NCBI GenBank assembly: GCA_965217185.1
Contig: OZ244252.1
Span: forward strand, 1,568,001 to 1,632,000
Length of the DNA: 64,000 nucleotides
Origin: an uncultured Candidatus Entotheonella sp.
Lineage (GTDB): Bacteria > Tectomicrobia > Entotheonellia > Entotheonellales > Entotheonellaceae
Direction of reading: 5' to 3'
Part shown: piece by piece, positions 20,249-34,188 of the stretch
Position numbering within the stretch: position 1 is the first letter of the stretch
Layout: the number at the start of each line of letters is the position of its first letter
The notes under the pieces: model-generated
The model's database searches: none
Seen by the model: the letters and a program-made list of their open reading frames with translations, nothing else
Told to the model about the DNA's origin: nothing
Made by a program: the position numbers and the translations under genes

Positions 20249-22939
20249 GTGCCCATGTCTGAACGCCCAACCGTTTATCTGGTGGACGGCACCGCATACG
20301 TGTACCGCGCCTTCTACGCCATCCGGCAACAACTTTCGACGTCTGCCGGCGTGCCGACGAAGGCGGTGCTCGGTTTCAAGAACATGCTGCAGAAGCTGGT
20401 GCAGAATGAGAAACCGCAGTATCTGGGAGTGGCGTTCGACGAGCGCGGCCCGACCTTCCGGCACAAAATGGACCCGAATTACAAGGCCAACCGCCCGCCG
20501 ATGCCGGACGACCTGGAAGTACAGATTCCCTACATTCACCGACTGACCGAAGCCTTCAATATCCCCACGATCCGGCTGCAAGGATACGAGGCGGACGACA
20601 TTCTGGGCACCTTGGCGCGGCGCTTCGAGACGCAAGGCTGCGACGTGGTCTTGGTCACCAGCGACAAGGACCTGTGCCAGCTTGTGACCGAGCACACGAC
20701 GATCCTGGACACCATGAAGGAACAGCGCTTCGGCGTCGCCGAAGTAAAGGAACGCTTTGGCGTCGAACCGCGTTACGTAGTCGATTTTCTCGGCCTGATG
20801 GGCGACAGCTCGGACAACATCCCCGGCGTACCGGGGGTCGGCGAAAAAACGGCGCGCCAGTTGTTGGAGGAGTTCGGCAATCTGGATGCCTTGCTGGAAC
20901 AGGTAGACGCGGTGAAACGGCCCAAGCTGCGGGAATCTCTGCGCGACAATGCCGAACTGGCGCGCCAGAGCCGTGTGCTGGCAACGATCGACATCGAAAC
21001 CCCGGTCGACGTCGACCTGCCCGCCCTGGCACTTACCGATCCCGACAGCGACGAGTTGACGGCACTCTACACCGAATTGGAGTTTCACAACGAGTTACAG
21101 GCCATCCGTAGCGCGGCACCGGCCGCCAAACCGGTGGACAAGGATTACCGCACGATTACCGACCTTGCGGACTTGGATGCGGAAATCGCCGTCCTGGAGC
21201 AGGCCGACGGCTTTGCCGTCGACACCGAAACGACCAGCCAGGACCCCATGCTCGCCGATCTCGTCGGCATTTCGCTGGCCCACCAGCCGCACGCGGGCGT
21301 CTATATCCCACTGCGCCACAGCTATATCGGCGCGCCGCCGCAACTCGATGCCAAGCTGGTTCTGGAACGCCTGCGGCCCTTGCTCGAAGACCCTGCGGTG
21401 CCCAAATACGGCCAGAACATCAAGTACGACATCATCGTGCTGCAACGGCAGGGCATCACCCTGCGCGGCGTCGCCTGCGATACGATGGTGGCCGGCTACT
21501 TGCTCAACCCCTCGCGGCGCGCCCACAACATGGACGCCTTGGCGCGCGAGTACCTGCAATACGAGCCGATCAGCTACACGGACGTGGCGGGCAAAGGCGC
21601 CAAGCAGGTGACCTTCGACCAGGTGGAGGTCGAACGCGCCACCGAATACAGCGCCGAGGACGCCGACGTGACCCTCTTGCTGGCGCAGGAACTGCAGCCG
21701 CGGCTGGCGGCGGTTCAATTGGATAAACTGTTCGCCGACGTCGAAATGCCGTTGATCGACGTGCTCGTAGCCCTCGAGCGGCGCGGCATGGCTCTGGACA
21801 GCGCCTATCTGCGGCAAATGTCTATTCACCTGCAGGGCCGCATGGAAACACTGGTGCACGACATCCACGCGCTGGCCGGTGAGGAGTTTAACGTCAATTC
21901 GCCGCCGCAATTGCAACGCATCCTGTTCGAACAGTTGAAGCTGCCGCCGGGAAAAAAGACCAAGACCGGCTATTCGACCGACGTGTCAGTGCTGGAAAAT
22001 CTGGCGAGAGAGCACGAGTTGCCGCAGCGTATCCTGAAATACCGCCATCTCGCCAAGATGAAGTCCACATACGTGGACGCCCTGCCCCAACTCCTGCACC
22101 CCGAGACCAGACGCCTGCATACCTCGCTGAATCAAACCATCGCCGAAACCGGGCGACTGAGCAGCAGCAATCCCAACCTGCAGAACATCCCGATCCGTTC
22201 GCAGTTGGGGCGCGAGATTCGCCAAGCCTTCATTGCAGCGCCCGGACACCGCCTGGTATCGATTGATTACTCGCAGATCGAATTGCGCCTGCTGGCTCAC
22301 CTCAGCCAGGACCCCGTCCTCATCGAAGCCTTCCATAACGGCGAGGACATTCATGCCCGCACCGCAATGGAAGTCTTTGGCGTGGAGCCGGCAGCGGTAG
22401 ACGACGACATGCGGCGCATGGCCAAGACCGTCAATTTCGGCATCCTCTACGGCCTCAGCCCGTTCGGCTTGGCGCAGCGTCTGCACATTTCAGTCGAGGC
22501 GGGGCGCACTTACATTCACAATTATTTCGCCCGCTACCCAAGTGTGAAACAGTGCCTCGACGGCATCATCGCGCAGGCCCGCGACCAGGGCTACGTCACC
22601 ACCCTGCTGCAACGTCGCCGTTATCTGCCTGACATCGCCAGCTCGAACCGCAACGTCCGCGAGGCGGCAGAGCGTACCGCCATCAACATGCCCTTTCAGG
22701 GCTCGGCTGCGGACCTGATCAAGCTGGCCATGATCCGGCTGCATGAGCAGATCAACGGCGAAGCTTGGCCGTGTCACATGCTGCTGCAAATTCACGACGA
22801 ACTGCTTTTCGAGATCCCCGATAATGAGGTGTCGGACATGGTCCCCCGCATCACGGCGACCATGGAAGGCGTTTGGGATCTGGCGGTGCCGCTGACCGTC
22901 GAGGTCGGCCAGGGAAACAATTGGGCCGAGGCCCATTGA
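20249..22939 (+). CDS. polA: DNA polymerase I
   Basis: 5'-3' exonuclease (YKANR, EADD, GDSSDNIPG), 3'-5' exonuclease (DTETT), polymerase (DYSQIELR, KTVNFGILYG, QIHDEL). Confidence 0.98.
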   Translation: MPMSERPTVYLVDGTAYVYRAFYAIRQQLSTSAGVPTKAVLGFKNMLQKLVQNEKPQYLGVAFDERGPTFRHKMDPNYKANRPPMPDDLEVQIPYIHRLTEAFNIPTIRLQGYEADDILGTLARRFETQGCDVVLVTSDKDLCQLVTEHTTILDTMKEQRFGVAEVKERFGVEPRYVVDFLGLMGDSSDNIPGVPGVGEKTARQLLEEFGNLDALLEQVDAVKRPKLRESLRDNAELARQSRVLATIDIETPVDVDLPALALTDPDSDELTALYTELEFHNELQAIRSAAPAAKPVDKDYRTITDLADLDAEIAVLEQADGFAVDTETTSQDPMLADLVGISLAHQPHAGVYIPLRHSYIGAPPQLDAKLVLERLRPLLEDPAVPKYGQNIKYDIIVLQRQGITLRGVACDTMVAGYLLNPSRRAHNMDALAREYLQYEPISYTDVAGKGAKQVTFDQVEVERATEYSAEDADVTLLLAQELQPRLAAVQLDKLFADVEMPLIDVLVALERRGMALDSAYLRQMSIHLQGRMETLVHDIHALAGEEFNVNSPPQLQRILFEQLKLPPGKKTKTGYSTDVSVLENLAREHELPQRILKYRHLAKMKSTYVDALPQLLHPETRRLHTSLNQTIAETGRLSSSNPNLQNIPIRSQLGREIRQAFIAAPGHRLVSIDYSQIELRLLAHLSQDPVLIEAFHNGEDIHARTAMEVFGVEPAAVDDDMRRMAKTVNFGILYGLSPFGLAQRLHISVEAGRTYIHNYFARYPSVKQCLDGIIAQARDQGYVTTLLQRRRYLPDIASSNRNVREAAERTAINMPFQGSAADLIKLAMIRLHEQINGEAWPCHMLLQIHDELLFEIPDNEVSDMVPRITATMEGVWDLAVPLTVEVGQGNNWAEAH

Positions 22940-22954
22940 GGCAGGACTTTCTGT

Positions 22955-22984
22955 CCCTGCGGCCGCCGGGCAGCCGCAGGGTTT
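22955..22984 (+). terminator. Putative terminator hairpin after polA
   Basis: CCCTGCGGC...GCCGCAGGG followed by TTT. Confidence 0.5.
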
Positions 22985-22989
22985 GGCGC

Positions 22990-23019
22990 TTGACAACGCC
23001 GAAAACGCTGGGTTATCGT
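22990..23019 (+). promoter_or_regulatory. Sigma70-type promoter of tRNA-Ala
   Basis: TTGACA-N18-TATCGT. Confidence 0.6.
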
Positions 23020-23042
23020 TACGCCTCTTCTTTGAGGCCAAT

Positions 23043-23115
23043 GGGGCTGTAGCTCAGATGGGAGAGCGCATGACTGGCAGTCATGAGGTCAGGGGTTCGA
23101 TCCCCCTCAGCTCCA
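23043..23115 (+). tRNA. tRNA-Ala (GGC)
   Basis: GGGGCTGTAGCTCAG...catga-cTGGCAG-tcatg...GGTTCGATCC...CAGCTCCA. Confidence 0.96.
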
Positions 23116-23148
23116 CTCCCGCCTTTTCCTCTCCTGAAAACCTTTTCT

Positions 23149-23186
23149 GTTAGGTCGGATTAGCGAAGCGTATTCCGACATTCTGC
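23149..23186 (+). repeat. REP-like palindrome (GTAG family), left copy
   Basis: GTTAG-GTCGGATTAGCGAAGCGTATTCCGAC-ATTCTGC; related copies at 25188, 36420, 36474 and 61197. Confidence 0.85.
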
Positions 23187-23285
23187 TGTGTCAGTCCTTC
23201 CCGGCGCCGAAACGCAGAAACCGCTATCCCAACCGAGTCCTCGTTGTCGGTCGGGGCGAATTCGCTCTGTCCCAGCCGGCCAAGT

Positions 23286-24899
23286 TTACGCCCCGTTTGC
23301 AGCTCGCATCTGGATCGCCTCCACCGCCGCCAAGGCAGATAAGGCGGAACCTTCCTGCCAACCAGACAGGGCGGAGGTGAGATCCCCCGCAAAATAGACG
23401 GCGCCATCAGGTACTTGCAGAGCCTTTACCGGAATCTTGTCAAAACCGGGCCAGCTGCCCTTTTGGAAAGGCACCTTGGACCAAGCGATGCTAGCGTCGG
23501 ACTCCAATTCGCCCCTATAGCCGGGATGGATACGCTCGCCAGCCACAATTGTAGCCTCCCGGCGTTGCGCTGGTGACATGTCAGCAAACCGCAAGGCTGC
23601 CTCATGACCAAGGTCAGGAACTTTGGCGCCAAGGATATAAGCACCCAATATAATGCCCTTGTCACGATGATAACCGTTTGAGGGATACCAGATTTGCGTT
23701 ATGTCACTAAGGGTAGTCCAGGAGATGCCACCATAGATGTGATCATCCTCTTCCCAGAAGCGACGCTTGGCCTGAAAGGCAACTTTAACCGCGGAATCGT
23801 ACCTAGTTGCCTCAATCTCGTCTTGGGTCTCCATTGAGAAGTTGTTCGGGATGTCCTTCAAAACGGTGGCCGGAATGGTGCAGATTGCATAGTCTGCGTG
23901 GAAAGCCTCCATCATAGCCCCCCGGTAGCTATAGGCAACGCGAACGCCCCCAGCACTTTGATTCGAAATCTCCTCGACGACGCTCTCATAACGAATGAGA
24001 TGCCCTACTCGCATTTTGAACGCCTCGACAATCTTGTCCATGCCGCCGACAGGTTGAAACAGCGTGGCTTGTTGATCGAGGTCGTGTCCCCAGAGGAGAA
24101 AGTAATTTCCCCAACCATCCAAAGCCTCATTAAATTTTAGTACTTGGTCCAGCCCGAGGGGATCGACCGCCATTTTCCCGCCAAGCGCTTTGTGGATATA
24201 GCCATACATACCCATTTCGTACCCGGCACGATCCGATCCTGAATACACGCCGTCGCTCAAGTCGCCAAAGGTTCCAAGCATTGCCAGGAGGCGTTCCTTG
24301 TCCTCCATCGACAACTCACCGTCCAAAGCGTTTTGGTCCACTGCCTTCGTCAGCAATTCGGCGATATACCCGCGTTGAGCTGCGTGAATTTCCCGGCCCG
24401 TGACGGGCATGTTGTCATTAAAATCCGTCCCTTGGAAGAACGCTCCACGGTTGTCATTCACAATGACTTCCAGGCCAACACCAAACTCTTTGCAATAACT
24501 GAGAATAGTCTGGTGATGATATGGAATGCGGGCCGGCCCCATGTTCGCGTAGAGGTAGTCTTCTTCGTCAAAATCCACTTGTTGCATACTGTTGAATTCT
24601 TCGATTACGTCGCCCCGACGAACGGTAAAGTTACGCCCGCCCGCGCGCGTGGTGGCCTCCAGAATGGTACATTCATAGCCCATTTTGTCCAGTTCATACG
24701 CAGCCACCAAACCGGCAATGCCAGCGCCCAAAATAACGACGCGTTTTCCGTCCCCCATGCTCTGGGACACCGCCGATTCGGACGAGCAGCCCGTGAGGCT
24801 CGAGACCCCCAGCATCCCCAACGTCGCCATGGTCCGATACACCCCCGCTGCGCCAGCAACGGAGCCAACATATTGAAGAAGTTGCCGTTTCGTTAACAT
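23286..24899 (-). CDS. Flavin monoamine oxidase / L-amino acid oxidase family protein, probable Tat lipoprotein
   Basis: GAGIAGL, RAGGR, MGPARIP, FQPVGGMD, VYFAGD, WQEG; N-terminal TKRQLL and lipobox LTGC. Confidence 0.9.
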   Translation of the reverse strand: MLTKRQLLQYVGSVAGAAGVYRTMATLGMLGVSSLTGCSSESAVSQSMGDGKRVVILGAGIAGLVAAYELDKMGYECTILEATTRAGGRNFTVRRGDVIEEFNSMQQVDFDEEDYLYANMGPARIPYHHQTILSYCKEFGVGLEVIVNDNRGAFFQGTDFNDNMPVTGREIHAAQRGYIAELLTKAVDQNALDGELSMEDKERLLAMLGTFGDLSDGVYSGSDRAGYEMGMYGYIHKALGGKMAVDPLGLDQVLKFNEALDGWGNYFLLWGHDLDQQATLFQPVGGMDKIVEAFKMRVGHLIRYESVVEEISNQSAGGVRVAYSYRGAMMEAFHADYAICTIPATVLKDIPNNFSMETQDEIEATRYDSAVKVAFQAKRRFWEEDDHIYGGISWTTLSDITQIWYPSNGYHRDKGIILGAYILGAKVPDLGHEAALRFADMSPAQRREATIVAGERIHPGYRGELESDASIAWSKVPFQKGSWPGFDKIPVKALQVPDGAVYFAGDLTSALSGWQEGSALSALAAVEAIQMRAANGA

Positions 24900-25187
24900 C
24901 CTGCTCTCCTTCTGTATGTTTCGAATTACCAGCTCATCAACCATGCCACAATGGCAAACGACGAATCCAACCCTATCACAATTGGGGGTGTGCTCCAAAA
25001 TGTGCTAAGTGGAAAACCTCGGTTCGTGAAATCCGGGAAAGACGAATGTTCCTCCATCACCGTCTGGGGCTCTCGCCTCCTATCAACTCGGTGACATCAG
25101 CAGTCTCACCTAAACCAGAGTAGGCGCCTGTTTCCGCAGGTCAGACTGTCAGTAGGCACAATCCAACGGGGGAAGCCCGCGGGCGAG

Positions 25188-25224
25188 GCGGAATGTCGGA
25201 TTACGCTTTGCTAATCCGACCTAC
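25188..25224 (-). repeat. REP-like palindrome (GTAG family), right copy, inverted relative to 23149
   Basis: Reverse complement GTAG-GTCGGATTAGCAAAGCGTAATCCGAC-ATTCCGC. Confidence 0.88.
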
Positions 25225-25381
25225 ATTTTCGCCATAAAATGTTTTGTCTGGCCCGAATATCCCATTACCACGCATCCAATGGCACGGAAGGCCTTGCGGC
25301 TATTCAGTCGGCGGGCAGGCCAATTGTTGCCAATCGTTCCGCGGCAAGAAATTCCATGACATGGCCAAGAACGGAGGAATC

Positions 25382-25935
25382 ATGAAACGGAAACTCGCTT
25401 TGCAGTTCAGGATAGAACTCCTGGAGACAGAACCTGTGATCTGGCGGCAGATCGAAGTGCCGTCGACTATAGTTTCTGGGACCTCCACGTCGCTATCCAG
25501 GACTCGATGGGATGGCTGGACTACCACCTGCACGAGTTCAGCATCCAATCGCCGCGAAAGCGCAGGCCCGTGTTGATCGGAATTCCCGACGGGGAAGGCG
25601 ATCCCTTGTTCCAGGACGTGCTGCCGGGTTGGAAAGTGCCGTTGTCGGACTACTTCACCACCCCGGGTGACGTCTGCACTTACAACTACGACTTCGGCGA
25701 CGACTGGTACCATGAAATCCTGCTTGAAGCCGTACTCCTTTGTACGGACGGCGAACGTGCGTGCCCCGTCGAAGACTGCGGCGGCATTCCAGGTTACTAC
25801 CACCTGCTGGAGGTTCTCGCCGACCGTAAACACGAAGAATACCGTGACATGGTTTCTTGGTTGAAGAACCACGCCAAGAACTACCATCCTTACAACTCGG
25901 AACATTTCGAGCCGCGTCAGGTGACGTTTTCGAAA
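25382..25935 (+). pseudogene. pRiA4b ORF-3 family protein, frameshifted
   Basis: IWRQIEVPS, then a -1 shift near 25466 to [48 protein letters not shown]; no own stop codon before clpB. Confidence 0.78.
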
Positions 25936-25995
25936 ATTGCTGTCTCATTTGGGCAAATATACCAATACCCGCTTATCACCCACAGGAGGCACGAC

Positions 25996-28626
<2,631 letters not shown>

Positions 28627-28639
28627 CCGTTGCCGCAGA

Positions 28640-28673
28640 TGCGACGTTGCTTCCAGGCGCAGGCAACGTCGCA
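28640..28673. terminator. Hairpin after clpB
   Basis: TGCGACGTTGC-N12-GCAACGTCGCA. Confidence 0.55.
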
Positions 28674-28769
28674 ACGCACCGCTCAAACCCGTCAATTTGA
28701 CAAGAGAACAAGAAATATCATCGAACCCAGCACGCCGGCGGCCAGGACTTGCAGAAAGGTGTGCCGCTT

Positions 28770-29055
28770 CATATAAGGCGTCGAACACGCCGTGCAGTAA
28801 GGTAAGGACGGAACACCAGAAGAGAAGACCCCACCGGCCAGCAGATCTGACACGGATGGGGGGGTAGGCGAAACGCATCACGGCCAACGCCAGAACGAGG
28901 GCGAAAACTGTGGAATGGGTGAGGCACGATGCCCCAACGGAATCCACTGGCAGAAGACTGACAACAAGATGAACTTTTTGGTTTTCTGGCGCTGCTCCGA
29001 CATGGCATAGACCGCACCAAAGGCCGAGCAGGGGGTGCGAGACAAAGGTCGCCAT
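28770..29055 (-). pseudogene. Remnant of a membrane-bound metal-dependent hydrolase (YdjM/YbcI-like)
   Basis: MATFVSH.., SLLP.D, LTHS and HGVFDAL motifs are compressed and degenerate; RBS GGAGG; C-terminal half is absent. Confidence 0.5.
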
Positions 29056-29320
29056 CGTGCCTCCGTGAGATACCTCGAGGAATGACCGATTACTCGTCCG
29101 TCCCGTAAATCCGCACGGAATAGGTACTGCTTTCGTCTTACCAGACGGTGAAAAAGACGTGTGTACTGAATGAAGATTTGCCGGAACAGCAGGCTACCTG
29201 TCCCAGGGTGAGGGCGAAAGCTATGATTGGGGTGGACTGAAGAGGAGGAATCGTGCGTTAATAATCACCGTACGCCAGACAAGGCGCCCATCCACTCAAC
29301 GTTCAAGGGAGGTATCCAGC

Positions 29321-29734
29321 ATGTCCGTGACGACCGAGAAACTGATGAGGCCAGTCCATGTCACGAAGGAGACGGCCGCAACCGTGTCGGGACGGCGCTC
29401 ATTCTTCACCTATCGCGACCTTGGCGTCACCGACGCCACCCAAGGTGCCATGCGCGCGCAGATTACGGAGGCCATCACCGGCATGACGGAGCCGACCGGC
29501 TGGCATTACCACGTTTGCGAGGCGCAGTTTGTGTATGCCATGAAAGGCTGGGTCGATCTGGAATTCGAGACGGGCGAGCATATCCGGCTGCAAGCGGGGG
29601 AATCGCTGTTCATCCCCGGCGGCTTGCGGCACAACGAAATCAGCACCTCCGACGATCTGGAACTTCTGGAAATTTCGACGCCGGCGCAGATGGACACGGT
29701 GTCGTGCGAGCGGCCGGCCGATTTGCCCGCCTAG
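29321..29734 (+). CDS. Cupin domain protein
   Basis: TGWHYHVCEAQFVY..KGW and GESLFIPGGLRHNE cupin motifs; RBS GGAGG. Confidence 0.88.
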   Translation: MSVTTEKLMRPVHVTKETAATVSGRRSFFTYRDLGVTDATQGAMRAQITEAITGMTEPTGWHYHVCEAQFVYAMKGWVDLEFETGEHIRLQAGESLFIPGGLRHNEISTSDDLELLEISTPAQMDTVSCERPADLPA

Positions 29735-29924
29735 CCCTTCCCCTACCCCATCGCTGGCGGATGCCGGCCGCAAGGCAAATACCGATGCCCGGCAGCGATG
29801 GGTCGGCGGCGTTGTTTGACGCTCTTCCTTGTTGCCACAGTTTTTTTGCCATTCCTTGCAGCAGAAGTCCCCTCTGCCCCACCATCCAGGTGTTGTAGGA
29901 GCATCCGCACGCGGATTTTCCCCG

Positions 29925-31035
29925 CTAGGTCACATAGAGATCACCCTGTCCATCTTCTCCCACCAGCGCGCAAATCCCGGGGTCGGGACCGCCGCCGTCG
30001 CACCGGCCTCCGTTACCTCCGTTATCGGCAATGATCAAGCGCTTCCGGGCCTCGATTCGCTGGATGGATCGCCTGTTAACCCTTTGGTTGCAAAAACTAC
30101 GACCATATTGATTTTGGCAATCCTTTGGATAGTCATTAACGCAGTTGGTGAAAGTAATTCTGTTGCCGATGGAACCTGGTGCGAAATGACCGTATCGCGG
30201 ATGGCATGCGTCGGCCATATTGTTCGGGAAGCCGCACCCATTACGATCGATTGTCTGTTGGCTGCCCGCATAACCCTCGAAGACAGCTATCGACGCATCC
30301 AGTTCTTCCAGGCTGGAGTTGTACACACTGTCGCACGTATTGGCCAGACTTCCGGTCCGAATCGGCGTGCATCGAGCGGGCCTGCGCAGGCGGAATTGCA
30401 TGAACTCGTCGCATGCTGTTGCGCACTCACCAGTTCCTCTTCCTCTTCTTCCTCCGGCTCGACGAACTGTATTTGCGGCGCGTCCACCCTGCCTTGGTCG
30501 TCCGTGGTCAGCTGGGAAGGGACCGTCGACCGCTCGACCACCGACACCGTGTAGGCGCCCGTTGCCTCGTTCGTGCCGGCCACCGCTATGCGGTTCGACC
30601 CTCCGGTGCTTGGGGCGAAGATCAAAGCCGCCGGGCCCGACCATGAAACGCCTTCACTCACGGCGGTGCCCCATTCGTTGTAGACCCCGGTCAACTGTGC
30701 CCCCAACGCCGCGTCGCCCGACACCGTGACGTCGTAGCTCTTGCCGCTTGCCAGTTCCACCGCGAACCAGTCCACGTCCCCGGCACTGTCGATCCGGCCC
30801 GAGGCAGAGCCGCCCACCGTCACCGTTCCGGTGGTCCAGGAGTTCGACTCATAATCGTCGATGCGCTGCACCACCGCCGCGGTGAAGCCACCGGCCTGCG
30901 GCCCGTGCACGGCTTTCTGCCGGCAGCGGCCGACGCACTGACGGCGAGTACGACGCTCAGTAGCCATGCGACCCGCCGTAGGCAAGGGAACGAAAATGCA
31001 AGTTGAGACCTAATGGAGGGGGGGGATAGGGTTAT
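29925..31035 (-). pseudogene. Frameshifted secreted protein with a PPC-like domain, Glu tract and Cys-rich C-terminus
   Basis: Signal-like RRVAWLLSVVLAVSASAAA in one frame; PPC-like GRIDSAGDVDWFAVEL..GAYTVSV in a second; Cys-rich tail in another. Confidence 0.6.
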
Positions 31036-31336
31036 GAACTAAACCGGGTCACGCCGGACCCAACTCGTAGCACAAACTCGTATCAAATACCGGGTGCTAA
31101 AGTACACCAGAATTGGTGATTCTGAACGTAAAAACATGGACCCGGGAGAATTGCGGCCCGATGATTCAGTCTGTCGAGCCTGCTGTATCAATACTTCGGA
31201 CAGAATTTAGGCCACCCTGTCAGCGATCGTGCCATAGTTATAAAGGTCTTGGTAATGAAGACTACATTTTGTCAGGCTATGCCCCTGGGGCAAATGCCGA
31301 GAAATTCGCTCCGGCAATTGAACGCATCCTGTTGAT

Positions 31337-32053
31337 TCATGAAGACTTGTCACCCCGGTGGTGTCTGTGGGTTTTGTCAGGTCGGTGCTCCGTTCCCTGC
31401 ACCTGTCGGGTTGCGACGTTCATCAAACCAGCCAGGCGGGCAGCCAGGCGGCGAGCCTGGTCGCCTTGGCCCTTCCGCAGCAGCTCCAGGACGTCGGAAT
31501 CGAGCAGTTTCGACCAAAGGGCCTTTCTCGTCTCCAAGCTCGGATGGCGCGCCGCCATGGGCTGGCGCAATTCGCCCAGCAGGTCGAGCATGTCGGCGTA
31601 TTCCGGGCCGAACGTCCGCTCCATTTGGTGCCTTATTCTGGCGGCCAGGGCCGGCGAGCAACCGCTGGTTGACACCGCAATGGTCAGCGACCCGCGGCGC
31701 ATCACGGAACCGGCCACGAAGTTGCTGTGGGACATGTCGTCCGTGACGTTCAGTAAGACGCCGTACCTCTCCGCCTCGTCCTTGAGGTGGGCGGCCATGG
31801 CGGTATCACGGGTCGTCGCGATGGCCAGCCAAGCGCCCTGCAGATCACCCGGCTGACAGGCACGAGGAAGCCAAGTGATACGGTGCTCGTTGGCCCACAG
31901 GCTCAGGTTGTCGGTGAGGGTCTCGCTAATGACGGTCACGGCTGCGTTGGCGGCCAACAAGCCTTGCACTTTGCGCTCCGCCTCGACGTCGCCGCCGATG
32001 ACAATGCAGCGCCGGGACTGCAGATCGGTGAGGAAAATGGGGTAAACGTCCAT
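31337..32053 (-). CDS. Precorrin-2 dehydrogenase / sirohydrochlorin ferrochelatase (CysG N-terminal/SirC-like)
   Basis: YPIFL, VIGGDVEAERK, LLNVTD, IAVSTSGCSPALAARIR. Confidence 0.88.
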   Translation of the reverse strand: MDVYPIFLTDLQSRRCIVIGGDVEAERKVQGLLAANAAVTVISETLTDNLSLWANEHRITWLPRACQPGDLQGAWLAIATTRDTAMAAHLKDEAERYGVLLNVTDDMSHSNFVAGSVMRRGSLTIAVSTSGCSPALAARIRHQMERTFGPEYADMLDLLGELRQPMAARHPSLETRKALWSKLLDSDVLELLRKGQGDQARRLAARLAGLMNVATRQVQGTEHRPDKTHRHHRGDKSS

Positions 32054-32099
32054 TGGCCGTGGGCCCACTTACGGCTGTTGCAGACCGCCTATGGCTGGC

Positions 32100-32128
32100 T
32101 TGACAGCCTCCGGGTTCCGTACTAAGGT
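32100..32128 (+). promoter_or_regulatory. Sigma70-type promoter of tRNA-Leu
   Basis: TTGACA-N17-TAAGGT. Confidence 0.6.
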
Positions 32129-32146
32129 TTTCGCCTCGTTGTCATT

Positions 32147-32230
32147 GCCGGAGTGGTGAAATTGGTAGACGCGCGGGACTCAAAATCCCGTGAGGGCAAC
32201 CTCGTGTCGGTTCGAGTCCGACCTCCGGCA
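32147..32230 (+). tRNA. tRNA-Leu (CAA)
   Basis: GCCGGAGTGGTGAAATTGGTAGAC...cggga-cTCAAAA-tcccg, long variable arm, GGTTCGAGTCC...CTCCGGCA. Confidence 0.96.
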
Positions 32231-32308
32231 TGCCCCCGGACCCACGCAATTTCCTTCCTCGAATCATCCCCGGCGTTTCGCCACCAACCTGAACCGCCCA
32301 GAGACCGC

Positions 32309-33646
<1,338 letters not shown>

Positions 33647-34159
33647 CTACTTGTCGAACACGCAGTCAAAGCGGTCGGCGGTGGTGATACCCGTTTGCAG
33701 GCCGACCACGTCCAGCCCGAAATCCTTCTTGCCGTAGAAGCGGCAGTGTTCGATCTTGACGCACCGATCCATGACCACTTCCATGCCCGCTGCCCTGGCC
33801 TGTGCCGCCGCCTCCTCGTTGATGACGCCGATCTGCATCCAGAACACCTTGGCGCCGATTTCGCGCGCCTCGCTGACCAGGGGTAGGACGGTTTCGGGGC
33901 GCCGGAAAATATCGACGATGTCCACCGGCTCCTTGATGTCGAGCAGTGAGTCGTAGCACTTGAGGCCCAAGATCTCGTCATAGGCCGGATTGACCGGGTA
34001 GACCGTGTAACCCTGGCTCTTCATGTGGACCAAAGCCCGATAACTGGCGCGCGTCGGGTTGCCCGACACGCCGACCATGGCAATGCGGCGATACTGAGTC
34101 AGAAGCTCCTTGGGGCGTTCCGAAAGTTCTCCGCTCATAATTCCGGCATACTGTGGCAC
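33647..34159 (-). CDS. CoA-binding protein (YccU-like)
   Basis: IAMVGVS, VYPVNP, VDIVDIFR, WMQIG, VVMDRCVKIEH; GTG start after AGGAGA. Confidence 0.9.
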   Translation of the reverse strand: MPQYAGIMSGELSERPKELLTQYRRIAMVGVSGNPTRASYRALVHMKSQGYTVYPVNPAYDEILGLKCYDSLLDIKEPVDIVDIFRRPETVLPLVSEAREIGAKVFWMQIGVINEEAAAQARAAGMEVVMDRCVKIEHCRFYGKKDFGLDVVGLQTGITTADRFDCVFDK

Positions 34160-34188
34160 GTTGTTCTCCTCCCGGCGGCGACCCGCCT

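Noticed and set aside
14457..21088. Long antisense ORFs (14457-15773, 19382-21088; likewise 570-1868, 32504-33622, 54775-56055)
   Set aside because: They are shadows of high-GC codon bias opposite well-supported genes and have no recognisable motifs.
31068..31100. CIRCE-like TAGCAC...GTGCTAA
   Set aside because: The inner spacing is 20 bp instead of 13, and it is not upstream of a chaperone gene.
31222..31237. Sigma54-like TGGCAC motif on the minus strand (similar ones near 24940 and 25280)
   Set aside because: The -12 GC is missing or the spacing is wrong.
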